A stretch of 64,000 bases of DNA from Pelagomonas calceolata (Eukaryota): positions 3,906,001 through 3,970,000 of the forward strand of contig CAKKNE010000003.1 of the NCBI GenBank assembly GCA_918797485.1, in the 5' to 3' direction. The position numbers and the translations under genes were made by a program. The notes beneath the pieces were generated by a model, which ran no database searches, was not told the origin of the DNA, and saw only the letters and a program-made list of their open reading frames with translations. Below, in pieces: positions 54,787 to 64,000 of this stretch. Positions within the stretch are counted from its first letter, which is position 1. Each line of letters begins with the position of its first letter.

Positions 54787-54848
54787 CGAGAGAGGTTCCT
54801 GGCTTGGCGGGGGATGTCCACCGGCAAGAATAGTTTACGTCTTAAGAA

Positions 54849-55430
54849 CTAGAACCTCGCCCCCCGGAGCACGTCGTTGGGCTTCTGGTCCCAGTACTCC
54901 CGGTACCTGACGAAGAGGCCCGTATCCAAATCCCGCGTCAGGACGACGCGGCCAGACACAAAGACCGTCGGCTTGAACGGAATATTGAAGCAGAGGTCCT
55001 CCTTGAACTTGAACTCGACGCTCTCATTGGAAGCGGTGACGGGCGACGCGAGGTCGACGTGGCTGCGGTCGGCGACGAAGAGGTTCGACGTGCCCTTGAT
55101 GAACTTGTCGAGCTCGTAGGTGTCGATCTCGTCCTGGAACGTGCAGGCCTCGTCGTACAACGTGCGGTCGAAGTTCGCGGTGGCGAGGAACTGGTTCTCG
55201 ACCAGGTCCTTTTCGACGCGCTTCGCTAACTCTTTGGGAGGCAGCTTGGTGGCCTTCGGCGTCGTTTTGTCCTGGCCACTGTAGGCGTTGCTCCGCGCTG
55301 TCGTCGTCGCCGCGAGGGCGGCGAGCGCGCCGCCCAGCCATCGTCGCCGCGCGACGGGTGGCGGCGCATGGGTGTGGCGCCAGGCGAGTACCGCAGCGGT
55401 CTGCAGCAAGAGGCAGCTCCTGGCACGCAT
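54849..55430 (-). CDS. DUF2358 (NTF2-like) protein, probably plastid/thylakoid-lumen targeted
   Basis: Signal peptide, then RRRWLGGALAALAA twin-Arg-like segment. QFLATANFDRTLYDEACTFQDEID and YREYWD resemble DUF2358. Confidence 0.7.
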   Translation of the reverse strand: MRARSCLLLQTAAVLAWRHTHAPPPVARRRWLGGALAALAATTTARSNAYSGQDKTTPKATKLPPKELAKRVEKDLVENQFLATANFDRTLYDEACTFQDEIDTYELDKFIKGTSNLFVADRSHVDLASPVTASNESVEFKFKEDLCFNIPFKPTVFVSGRVVLTRDLDTGLFVRYREYWDQKPNDVLRGARF

Positions 55431-55898
55431 GCTTGTGCGGTAACCTATGCGGCGCAGGATCGCTCGAGTGCTGCCCGTTGCGACTGCGAGCTGCAGGAGG
55501 CGCGCGCAGTGCAGCGATTGCTGGTGTGCGGCGGGCGCTCGTTCAGTTCGCAGCTACTGTACGAGTCAGCAACGAGTCCGGACGTCCAGCGGTACGCGCT
55601 TACGCGTTATGCTCGCGCTGCTCGCGCTGCTCGTCGAGCCTGAAAAGTGGAGCTAGCGGCCCGTAAGACACTAGGGATGCCTAGCAAGCCACGAGCACCA
55701 GTCCCCCACCGACCCGCACGCATGGACGAGTAAGAGAACGACCCGTCCGTAGACTCGTCGCGCGCGGCCAGGTGCTCGGAGAGCGCTGTCCTCTGCGCTG
55801 TGCGAGACGCCATCGAGGCAGCCCGCCGCCGAGGCCGGGCCGGGCCGGCAGCCTTCTCCCAACCGCGATCATCACGCCGCGAGGGTGCCCCCGCGACC

Positions 55899-57628
55899 AT
55901 GGGCAAAAAGCCGCGCAGGCCGTCTCTGGTCTCCCCCAAGACCCAGAAGGAGCTCGCGACGCTCACGGGCAGCATGAAGGCCAACACGGCGCGCCACCTC
56001 GCCGAGGAGCAGTGCGCCGAGGAGCGGACGCGCCGGCGGCCGCGGACGCCGTCGCCGCGGCGGCCGAGGAGCACCGTCTTCACCCGTCTCGCCGGAGAAG
56101 AAGTAGAAGCGGCCGAGGCGGACGCTGTCGCCGCGTATTTGAAGAGATGCAACCACGTGCGCGTCGGAGTGCCCGTGTGTGTCGTGCGGAGAGACGTCGC
56201 GTTCGAGAGTCCCCAAGTGGCCACGCTGCCTCGAGACCAGCTGGTTGTGGTAGAAGAAGAACGGTTGCTCGGAGACGAACGACGCGTGCGGCTGTCCGCA
56301 CCATGCATCGGGTGGGTGTCTCGACGATGTTTAGTTGTTAGTGAAGACTTACTGAACGAGAGAAGATTGAGAACGTTAGTTTGCGTCTCCGGAGACGAAT
56401 TACCGCTCTTCGAGGCTTGGTTAAAATTCTACCGGAGATGGCACAATTCTCAGAGAGAACTACACGTCGGCTTCTACGACGACGAGGCCTACGCGTACCT
56501 TTTGAGGTTACAAGACGACGATGCATTAAATGTGATCCTCCACGACACCGTGATCTTTCCCAACGTTTATGAACGAAAAGAGGCCCAGAAACGCCGAGAA
56601 AAGATGCGCATCTACCAGTGGGTCTGCCAGTCCGCGCCTGTGTCATTTCTCGGCGATGGCGGGGCCGCGCTGGCTCCGTCGAGCGATTCAGGACGAACGC
56701 GCCGTACATTTGATGTCCACGCAGGTCCGCGCCGGTCGGCGCGCCCGTGGTCTACTCGTCGCTCGAAGCGTTCTGGATCAAGGACCCCCTACCTGATCTG
56801 TTGCAACACCGGAGACGAGTACCGCCGATGCTCGATGATATAAGGCCGCAGGGCCGGCCTTGTTTGCTGTTCTCGCTGGATTATGGGGAGATCTACGAGG
56901 GCGAAAAGAATGTGGAATTATGCACGGGCTTCTGTTGTGTTTTTAACGAAGAAAGCTCGAGGAAATTCCTGCGGGAGTGGCGAGCCAAAGTCGACGCGAC
57001 GGGCGCGCAGGGCTCGTATGATCAATTACAGGTGAACCAGATGTACAAGACGTGGACCGCGTCGCAGAAGATAAGGACCGTGGTCGAGCTCGACTACGAG
57101 GACTACCAGCGCTGCTTGAGAGGCAAGGAGACGTGGGCCGTGCCCTTGATCTGGCACCCGCGCTGTCCCGTCGATCCCGCGACGAAGAGGCCGTATGACG
57201 CTACTAGAAGAGCGGCGGCGCTAACATATGTGGCAAAGCAGTTGGTCAAAGGTCATGTTGGTGTGATAAGGGCCTTCCACCTGTGCCTCGAGGGCGGCGA
57301 GGACTTCGCTTCTCGCAAAGCGATGCATTTGGAGGCGACGCGCGGCGTGCTGCCTGTCCTCACGCCGGAGTTCGCGCTGGATCCCAAAACGGGCCGGCCG
57401 CGCTTTCGCTTGCGGAGCTCCGTGAAAGTGCCGGGGCCGAAGAAGGGGCCCTTGGTCGATTCTTCGGGGAAATTGACGGGGAAAATGAATCTCATGGACG
57501 CGGCGAGCGGCGCTTCCCGCAGAATGCGCTTCCAAGAAAAGCTCGACGCGAAGGCGCAGGCTTTGCATGAGAAGCATGCACCTGAACCAGTCGTGCGCAA
57601 CGCGGCCATCCCGTTGAAGCGGTCGTAG
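55899..57628 (+). CDS. Protein with SH3-like region and divergent nucleotide-diphospho-sugar transferase (GT77-like) domain; intron 56630-56724
   Basis: RRVRLSAPCIGWVS is SH3-like. VVYSSLEAFWIKDPL, LCTGF and YDQLQVN resemble GT77. The intron restores a 544-aa frame. Confidence 0.6.
56638..56724 (+). mobile_element. Internally deleted introner copy (87 bp)
   Basis: Perfect 8-bp TSD GTCCGCGC. Three blocks are colinear with the full element: CTGTGT | CATTTCTCGGCGATGGCG...GCTGGCTCCGTCGAGCG | ATTCAG.ACGAACGCGCCGTA...TGATGTCCACGCAG. Confidence 0.9.
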
Positions 57629-57733
57629 TCGAGCGGTACCTGTGGACGGCGAGGATGAGGAGGCGCCTGGGGTCACGCCATCGACGCGACGCCAATGGAG
57701 TTTAAGTATGTTGTCTGTTACTACGACTAGTGA

Positions 57734-58936
57734 CTAGACCTTCGCCTTCTTCGCCACCGGCGTGTCCGTATCTTCTGAACGTTCAGTCTTCCGCGGCGTC
57801 GACGCCGCCAATCCTTGGAGCAAAGCCGCGGCGTCCTTCGGGGCCTGGGCCTCCGCTTCCGCTCGAGCGAGGCCCTCCTGCAAGGCCCCGGACATCATGG
57901 ACATCATCATCATCAGGGGACCATTGCCCATCTGTGCTAAAGCTTCCTTCAGCGCTTCGGGAGGTGGGGGTAAACCCAGCCTCTTGGCCGCTTCCAGCCC
58001 AGGAACCGACGTAGGACCGGGAATGGCGCTCTTATCGACCAGAGCGGCATGATTCCCTTGCGCGCCTTGTAATAATGAAATCAAGTCGTCTTGCGTCCGA
58101 ACTTGACATTTCAACGCCTCGCGCTCCGCCTCCAACCGCTTCAGGCGCTCGTTCTCCGCCTTCAACGCGCGCACGTCGCTCTCGAGCTCCGCCATCCGTC
58201 TCGTCCACTGGCCCGGGCCGACAGCATGCACGGGCTCGACACCCGAACCCGGGGGGAACGGCGGCCGCGCGTACATCTCGCGGGCCATCAATTCATCCCT
58301 CATCGTCTGGGCGCCCTTGCGCTGCACGAGCGGCAACAGATCATCTCTACCTCTTTGAAAATGCGGATGTTCAAAACACACGTCCTTCGAGTCCCTTTGG
58401 ACAGAAGGGACCTTGTGGAACTGGTACATGTTTAGTAACCGTGTGAACGAGTTGAAATTCCGATGCCGGAAGAACTTCGGGCAGACCTCGGCGGCGAAGC
58501 GGTCCGGTTCTTTGATCAGTATTTGAGTTCCATCTTCCGACCACCCGATGATGGAGTCGTCGCAGACTCTCAGTAGAGTATAAACAGTTCTAACAAACCC
58601 GGGCACCTCATCCACAGCCACCATGCACCTCCTTCTTTTGGAAAGTTGCGCCGCGCTCTGCAAGGCCGCGGCGGCGTCCTTCATGGACTGTTCTTTGCTC
58701 TTCGGTTCTCCACCGGGCTGTTGAGCGGCATGCTGCGCGGCGGCCGCGGCCCAGACGGCCGGATCGACGCCCGGCGGCGGCGGGATGAGCGGCGGGAAGC
58801 CGGGCACCAAACCGAACGGCGGCATCATGGGGAGGGGCGGCGCGTTGGGCGGCGAGGGCGCCTTGGCGGGCGGCACCGGCGCCGGTGCCGGCTCTTTCTT
58901 TACGGAGGCCTTCTTGGAGGCGGGCTTCTTGGGCAT
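57734..58936 (-). CDS. Heat shock factor (HSF-type DNA-binding) transcription factor
   Basis: PGFVRTVY...IIGWSEDG...PKFFRHRNFNSFTRLLNMYQFHKV...FEHPHFQRGRDDLL followed by a coiled coil. Confidence 0.93.
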   Translation of the reverse strand: MPKKPASKKASVKKEPAPAPVPPAKAPSPPNAPPLPMMPPFGLVPGFPPLIPPPPGVDPAVWAAAAAQHAAQQPGGEPKSKEQSMKDAAAALQSAAQLSKRRRCMVAVDEVPGFVRTVYTLLRVCDDSIIGWSEDGTQILIKEPDRFAAEVCPKFFRHRNFNSFTRLLNMYQFHKVPSVQRDSKDVCFEHPHFQRGRDDLLPLVQRKGAQTMRDELMAREMYARPPFPPGSGVEPVHAVGPGQWTRRMAELESDVRALKAENERLKRLEAEREALKCQVRTQDDLISLLQGAQGNHAALVDKSAIPGPTSVPGLEAAKRLGLPPPPEALKEALAQMGNGPLMMMMSMMSGALQEGLARAEAEAQAPKDAAALLQGLAASTPRKTERSEDTDTPVAKKAKV

Positions 58937-59625
58937 GGTCCCTTGTAAGTGGCGGCGCGCGTCGGGCGGCGGGAATGGCTGTTCGATGCGCGACTGCAGT
59001 CGTGCCTCGTTCGCAGAGGCTCCGCGGCGCGGCGGCGCAAAAAGGCGACGCACGCTCTGGCAACGAGCCGGCGCTGCACCCGACGCGAGTTGGAGCGCGA
59101 CAAGGGTTCCGGGCTGCCCCCTTTGAGCTCGGGCGTCACAGGCCCAAGTTGGCTGGAATTCACTGTTTTCGACTAGTAGGAAACCTTTTCCTTGGGAAAG
59201 CGGGGCGTCCTTGTTGTTTACGGACGCGGGCGGGCGGCGCGGGCACCCTCGGTACTGGTGCGGTGGAGCCCTGGTCCATTGGCGACCGGATTGACGGCCA
59301 AAGGCTGCCAAAGTGCACCTGTGGCGCGCGCTAGGCGTCTGGTGGGACGGGATTGGTCTGTTCTTGGAAGGATCCGTACTTCTGGCGACTGTTCATCCGG
59401 CGAGAAAACCCGAGCCTGGGTCCAGAGCTCGAGTCCGAGTCAAAACAAGGCAGGGCATCGTCCCAACAGCATTCGCGGATCCTTGGACCCCGGCGCGCAC
59501 TGGCGCTGCTGCACCGCTGCTGCTGACGCGCGCGAATTGCGCTCACACGGGCCCAAACATCAAAGCTCTCGGAGAGCATTCCCAAAAAAACAAAAAACAG
59601 TGTGCGGCGTACGGTTGCCCCAAAA

Positions 59626-60327
59626 ATGGCCACCATCGATCTCACGCAAGAAGATGGCGACGCGCCGGCACCAGCGCCGGCGGTGACGGACCTCACCCAA
59701 GATTCGGACGACGAGCCGCCCGCGAAACGCGCGAAGGCGGCAACGCCGGACCTCGCGCAGCTGCGCCGCGGTGCGCCGCCCGCGCCGGCGGCGCGCTCGC
59801 TGCAGCTCCGCACGCACCCGAACCAACTGCGCGACCTGTGGCGCGGCGACGTCACGCGCGAGGGTCAGACGCTCCCGGTCGTCGCGTTCTACAGCCACCG
59901 CGGCAGCAGCCCGCACCGCTGCTTCTCGAACTTTCACCAGGGCGCCTTCGACTTCACGCTGCCGGCGAGCTGCGACGGGGCGACGCCGCGGACGGTGCGC
60001 GTCGGCTGCGGCGAGCAGGCGATCATGCTGTCCAAGGCGGCGCTCTTCCGCGACGCCGTGCGGTTCGACGCGATCGCGGCGCCCGGCAAGCGCCCCGAGG
60101 ACTACAAGGCCCTGGGGCGGCGCGTCCAGGGGTTCGACGGGGGCGCCTGGGACGGCGTCGTCGTCGACGTGGCCATCGCGGTCGTGAGCCAGAAGTTCGC
60201 TTCGGACCCGGTGCTCAAGCAGGTGCTCCTCGCGACGGGAAACGCCGTCCTCGCCGAGGCGGCGCCGCAGGACGCCATCTGGGGCATCGGCCACGGCGCG
60301 TCGCACGCGAACACGCAAGAGTTATGA
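59626..60327 (+). CDS. NADAR (YbiA/RibX-like) family protein with N-terminal SIM-like motifs; C-terminus appears truncated
   Basis: CFSNFH, EQAIMLSKAALFRD, KALGRRVQGFD, QKF...LKQVLLATGNAVLAEAAPQDAIWGIG. Confidence 0.85.
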   Translation: MATIDLTQEDGDAPAPAPAVTDLTQDSDDEPPAKRAKAATPDLAQLRRGAPPAPAARSLQLRTHPNQLRDLWRGDVTREGQTLPVVAFYSHRGSSPHRCFSNFHQGAFDFTLPASCDGATPRTVRVGCGEQAIMLSKAALFRDAVRFDAIAAPGKRPEDYKALGRRVQGFDGGAWDGVVVDVAIAVVSQKFASDPVLKQVLLATGNAVLAEAAPQDAIWGIGHGASHANTQEL

Positions 60328-61734
60328 GCAGGAGTTTCATGCTCAGCCTTTTTTCCTGCAGACTCATTACCTCATTTCTCAGTTTTATCATTTGCCCTTT
60401 TGAGCGTTTCTCCGTGTACGCAGCTTCGCCGGCGCATGAGTTAGTCTAGCGTTCGTGACCGCTTAAGTACTCTCTCATTTGTCCTCGCTGTTATTGAAGC
60501 ATGCGTGGCCGGACGCCATAGATGTCGATCATTGCCGGCCGAAACCGGTCGTTTGTCGTATCGGCGCGCGTCGCATCCGATCGCAAAACCTGTTTTGTCC
60601 GCTGACTAGTTGACCTGCGGCTAACCCTCTTCCTCGTGGTCTGATCCGTGCCTGGCGCCCTAACCCGTCCGAAAGGTTGGGCCGTTCGCGCGCAAAAAAA
60701 AACGCAGTCCCATCGCGACGCGCCCGCGCACCGTAACGGATTCACAGAACCAACAATTACCCACAAAAAACAACGCCCCGGAGAGCGTCCAATAGCCCTC
60801 GAGGATCCAGCGCGCCGCGTGGCGTGCCGTAGGGCTCACGGAGCTACCGGCGGCGCAACGCAAGAGGGGCCGTTTGCATGGTCGTGCGGCGCCCTTTCGA
60901 GGCCGCACGGCAGCCGAGGCCGGGGAGTGGTCGCCGCCCGCGGCGAGCCTCGGCGCACAGGTCGGCGGCCGCTCGACGCGGCGCGGCGCCTGCGGCGCCC
61001 GGCCGCCGGCGGCGGGCCCTCGCGCCGGGCGCCGGCGCCTCGGAGCGCGCCGCCGCGGCCGTTGCACCCGTGGCCCGGGCCGGGCAGCGCGCGCCCTCGC
61101 CCGCGGACGGCTGCCGCGGGCTCGGGCGGCCGGCGCGAAATTTTCCCCGGCGGCCGCCGGCGACGCGTTCGCGGCGCGGTTGGCGCGCGCCGGGGCGCCG
61201 GGGGCGCCGTCCGAGGCGCCGCGGGCGCCGCGGGGCGCCCCGGGGCCCCGCCGACCGCGGCGCCCGCGGCCGCGGCCGCGCGGGCACCCGATATCGCGCG
61301 CATCGCAAGAACGCGAGGGCTGCGTTCGGCGCGCGCGGCGGCGTTTTTGCAGCGGTTCAGCCCTCGCGCCCGAGCCAGGCGTGCTGGCCATCGATCGCGC
61401 GCGCGCCATCCATGCATGGGGCCGGCGCTGGAGCGCTACGGACCTCAAAAAGCGGAAATGCGAACACGGAGCGAACCCGGAAATATAAGGATGATGATGA
61501 GGCTGAGCTTGGTATAGCCGCTCTCTGAGGCTCTGGCGGTCGTATTAGTGACCAGTTGTCTCTGTTGTCTCTATATCAATCGTTCTGTGCCTGAATTGGA
61601 CAATTCCAAGCGCTCAAATTTAATCCAAGCCCCTGACTTGCAAGCCGCAGTCCCACCGACAGCCAGGATATACCGTCGACAGCGCGCCGACCGACGAGTC
61701 CGACGACTCGAGTCACTCCACATCGCCCGCACCC

Positions 61735-63063
61735 ATGTCCCACAGCAAGGCCGTCATCGCGGCGCTCGCGGACGCGGGCATCTACATCGACGCGTCTACT
61801 GGGAGAGTAGTTAAGCGGTCGACTGCTGCTGCTGTTGCCGCGGACATCGCACTCGAGCGCGCCAAGCCGGCCGCGACGCTGCGGCGGTTTCGCAGAGATC
61901 CCAACCTGCCCGCCGTCCGATTCGTCGAGGACCTCTTTCCCGAGACGTCGCTCTTCAAAAGTCTGCTGAACGCCGTGGGGATTGGTGACCTAGCAAACAT
62001 AGTGGTCGTGAATCGTCAGTTCAAGAAGGAGTTCTACGACGCACAGATACTCACGGGCCGAGCTTGCATGGCGTTGACGGGCCAGGACTGCGAGGCCTCC
62101 GCCGCCGAGGCCCGGAAATGGTACAGGGTCTGTGCCGACATGCATGGCACGAGGGAAGCGTATTGCATGCTCGGCGGGATAGCGAACGAGGGCGGGGCGT
62201 CGAGCGTGCTCGCCGAGATGGTGAGCCCCCTCGGCGACGCTGCCATCGACCTAGACGAGTCGGAGCGATGCCTCCGCGCCGCGATCGCCGCCGATAATTC
62301 TCCTCCGGGGTCCTACCATTTGTTAGCGCCGCCGGACCACGCGCTCGACGCCGCGAAAGTTGATTTGGCCATGACGTTGGCCGATAAGGCCTGGTTCGAT
62401 CCCGAGGGAACCAATGCGCCCTATCTTCTCGCCGAGGCGGGTATTCTCCTCGACGCGGTCCTGGATCACGACGAGGTCCCGAGTGTGCACGAGGTGCCGT
62501 TCCGCTACCCGCGCCGCGAGGCGGCCACGCTGAAGGCGCAGATGATCCAGAAAGGGGACGTGGCGGGGACCCCGACCGACGTCCTGGCGCTCATCGAGGC
62601 CATACCCCCGGACGAACGCGACGCGAACTGCGACTACCTGCTGGGCAAGATCTACATGAGGCTCGACGAAGAGACGCCGAACGACGAGCACGCGGCGCGC
62701 GCCTTCCATCACATCCACCGCGCGTTCGACGCGGGCCACCCGCGCACGCCTTTCGAAATGGGGCAGCTCGCGGAGCGCGGCCGCGGCACCGACCTGAGCT
62801 TGTCCAATGCCTACTTCATGTATCTGCGTAACGCGTTTCACGGCGGCGACGGGAACGAGCGCTCCATCGCGCGCCTCGCCGAAGACGCCGCGGCGGGGCC
62901 GCCCTACCCTCCGGAGCTCATCGAGACGATGGAGGACTTCGACGAGCTGCGGGCGTATGCCGACGAAAACGACGGAACCCTGAACGTGGAGGAGGCATTT
63001 GCCTTTTTGGGCATTGGGGCACAGTCGTCTTCTGACGACGACACGTACGACGACAGTGATTGA
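61735..63063 (+). CDS. Sel1/TPR-like repeat protein, possible N-terminal F-box-like segment
   Basis: EARKWYRVCA, AYCMLGGI, YLLGKIY and FEMGQLAERGRGTDLSLSNAYFMY. DLANIVVVNRQFK resembles an F-box end. Confidence 0.7.
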   Translation: MSHSKAVIAALADAGIYIDASTGRVVKRSTAAAVAADIALERAKPAATLRRFRRDPNLPAVRFVEDLFPETSLFKSLLNAVGIGDLANIVVVNRQFKKEFYDAQILTGRACMALTGQDCEASAAEARKWYRVCADMHGTREAYCMLGGIANEGGASSVLAEMVSPLGDAAIDLDESERCLRAAIAADNSPPGSYHLLAPPDHALDAAKVDLAMTLADKAWFDPEGTNAPYLLAEAGILLDAVLDHDEVPSVHEVPFRYPRREAATLKAQMIQKGDVAGTPTDVLALIEAIPPDERDANCDYLLGKIYMRLDEETPNDEHAARAFHHIHRAFDAGHPRTPFEMGQLAERGRGTDLSLSNAYFMYLRNAFHGGDGNERSIARLAEDAAAGPPYPPELIETMEDFDELRAYADENDGTLNVEEAFAFLGIGAQSSSDDDTYDDSD

Positions 63064-63083
63064 CTAACCACGATAACTAGATA

Positions 63084-64000
63084 TTACGACTTCGACGTCT
63101 CCCCCCAGTCCGCCCGCACCTGGACCTCGGGAAACATGAACGACTGCGTCGACCAGCCCGCGTCCCGCAACGCGGTCCGCAGCGCCTCGCGACCCGCCCG
63201 CGCCTTTGATAGACCCTCGGTGCCTATTCTGAGTGATCGAGCGCGCGCATGTAAAGCATCCAACAGCGCGTCGTCGGTGGCGCCGTCCCGCAAAACGATC
63301 GCACCGTCCAGCACCAGGAAATCGTCCGTCGACGCCAACGCCACGTGCCGGTCGAGCTCGTCGCGCGACATGCCAGACGCCGCGGTCATCAGCGGCCGCA
63401 GGACACTCGTTCGCGTCGTCCGTGGCCTTCTTAATATACGTTCCCGCCGCGCGATGTCCCGGGGCGAGGGGCAAACGCCACTCTCGACGTACTCGTCAAC
63501 CACTAAAGTTGCCCGCTCAAAGTTCAACTGGCGAAAAACCACACAAGCGATCTCGCGGTACATGGCCCCGATCTCCAGCAGCGAGAGCGACCCGTAGATC
63601 GCTAATAACATCCTCGGGTTCGCCTGCGTCGAAGCCACGCCCAACTTCTTCGAGGCGACGAGGCCGATCAACAAACCTACGAGATCGACGACCGCAATTT
63701 GCGCTTCTCCCTTCGCAGTAACGTCGCCGAGGTTGTTCGTGGTCTCCGTCGCCGCAAAACTTCGATAGATGGCGGACCGCGTCGCCGTCGAGGTCAGCAT
63801 GCTAACTTGCTTGAGGCAGTTCGCGACTGTTGCTAATAGCAAGAACAGTAGTGGAAACGCGAACGTCGCGATCTGCAGCCCGTTGCCCGTCGCATACAAC
63901 AAAGAAGATCGGAACCGCCATCTTTTAGCGTCGCCGTCGAACTCCCGACCCATCCTCGCCGCCCAGCCGAGGCGCGTCACTTTCCCCAATGCGTCTTTGA
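63084..64000 (-). CDS. RUS1/DUF647 (root UVB sensitive)-family protein, 3' part
   Basis: KDALGK...FDGDAKRWRF, ATRSAIYRSFA, NLGDVTAKGEAQ and LNFERATLVV. Confidence 0.88.
   Translation of the reverse strand, partial: KDALGKVTRLGWAARMGREFDGDAKRWRFRSSLLYATGNGLQIATFAFPLLFLLLATVANCLKQVSMLTSTATRSAIYRSFAATETTNNLGDVTAKGEAQIAVVDLVGLLIGLVASKKLGVASTQANPRMLLAIYGSLSLLEIGAMYREIACVVFRQLNFERATLVVDEYVESGVCPSPRDIARRERILRRPRTTRTSVLRPLMTAASGMSRDELDRHVALASTDDFLVLDGAIVLRDGATDDALLDALHARARSLRIGTEGLSKARAGREALRTALRDAGWSTQSFMFPEVQVRADWGETSKS

Noticed and set aside
60648..61528. Five overlapping ORFs in the GC-extreme block
   Set aside because: All frames are open only because stop codons are absent at this GC level, and the translations are low-complexity.
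1..64000. rRNA, tRNA, autonomous transposase or viral genes
   Set aside because: None recognised by eye. tRNAscan-SE, Infernal and HMM searches would be needed to exclude them formally.

Overview
This is a gene-dense, GC-rich eukaryotic nuclear window. Its features (GC-AG introns, introner transposons, a selenoprotein, bipartite plastid presequences) point to a pelagophyte stramenopile such as Pelagomonas or Aureococcus; the taxon is inferred. About 35 protein genes are present, and many are split by short introns, so the ORF track fragments them. Most long Arg/Ala/Pro-rich ORFs are antisense or alternate-frame shadows. Main results: (1) A ~200-bp intron-generating TIR element (15-bp TIR, 8-bp TSD) occurs as 3 full copies and 2 internally deleted copies, and its hairpin motif survives in most other introns, giving a decay series from transposon to ordinary intron. 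(2) A hidden SELENOM/Sep15-family selenoprotein has an in-frame TGA (CxxU), an extra C-terminal domain and a SECIS-like hairpin lacking the apical AA. (3) A separate 275-bp MITE has 16-bp TIRs and an 8-bp TSD. (4) Several fusions appear only after splicing: GH47 mannosidase-repeats-sulfotransferase, PDZ-UBA-Tudor-Macro-WWE, and sulfotransferase-GT47. (5) Glycan and ER-processing genes are locally concentrated. All domain calls come from motif recognition by eye, and all splice models are inferred from frame restoration.
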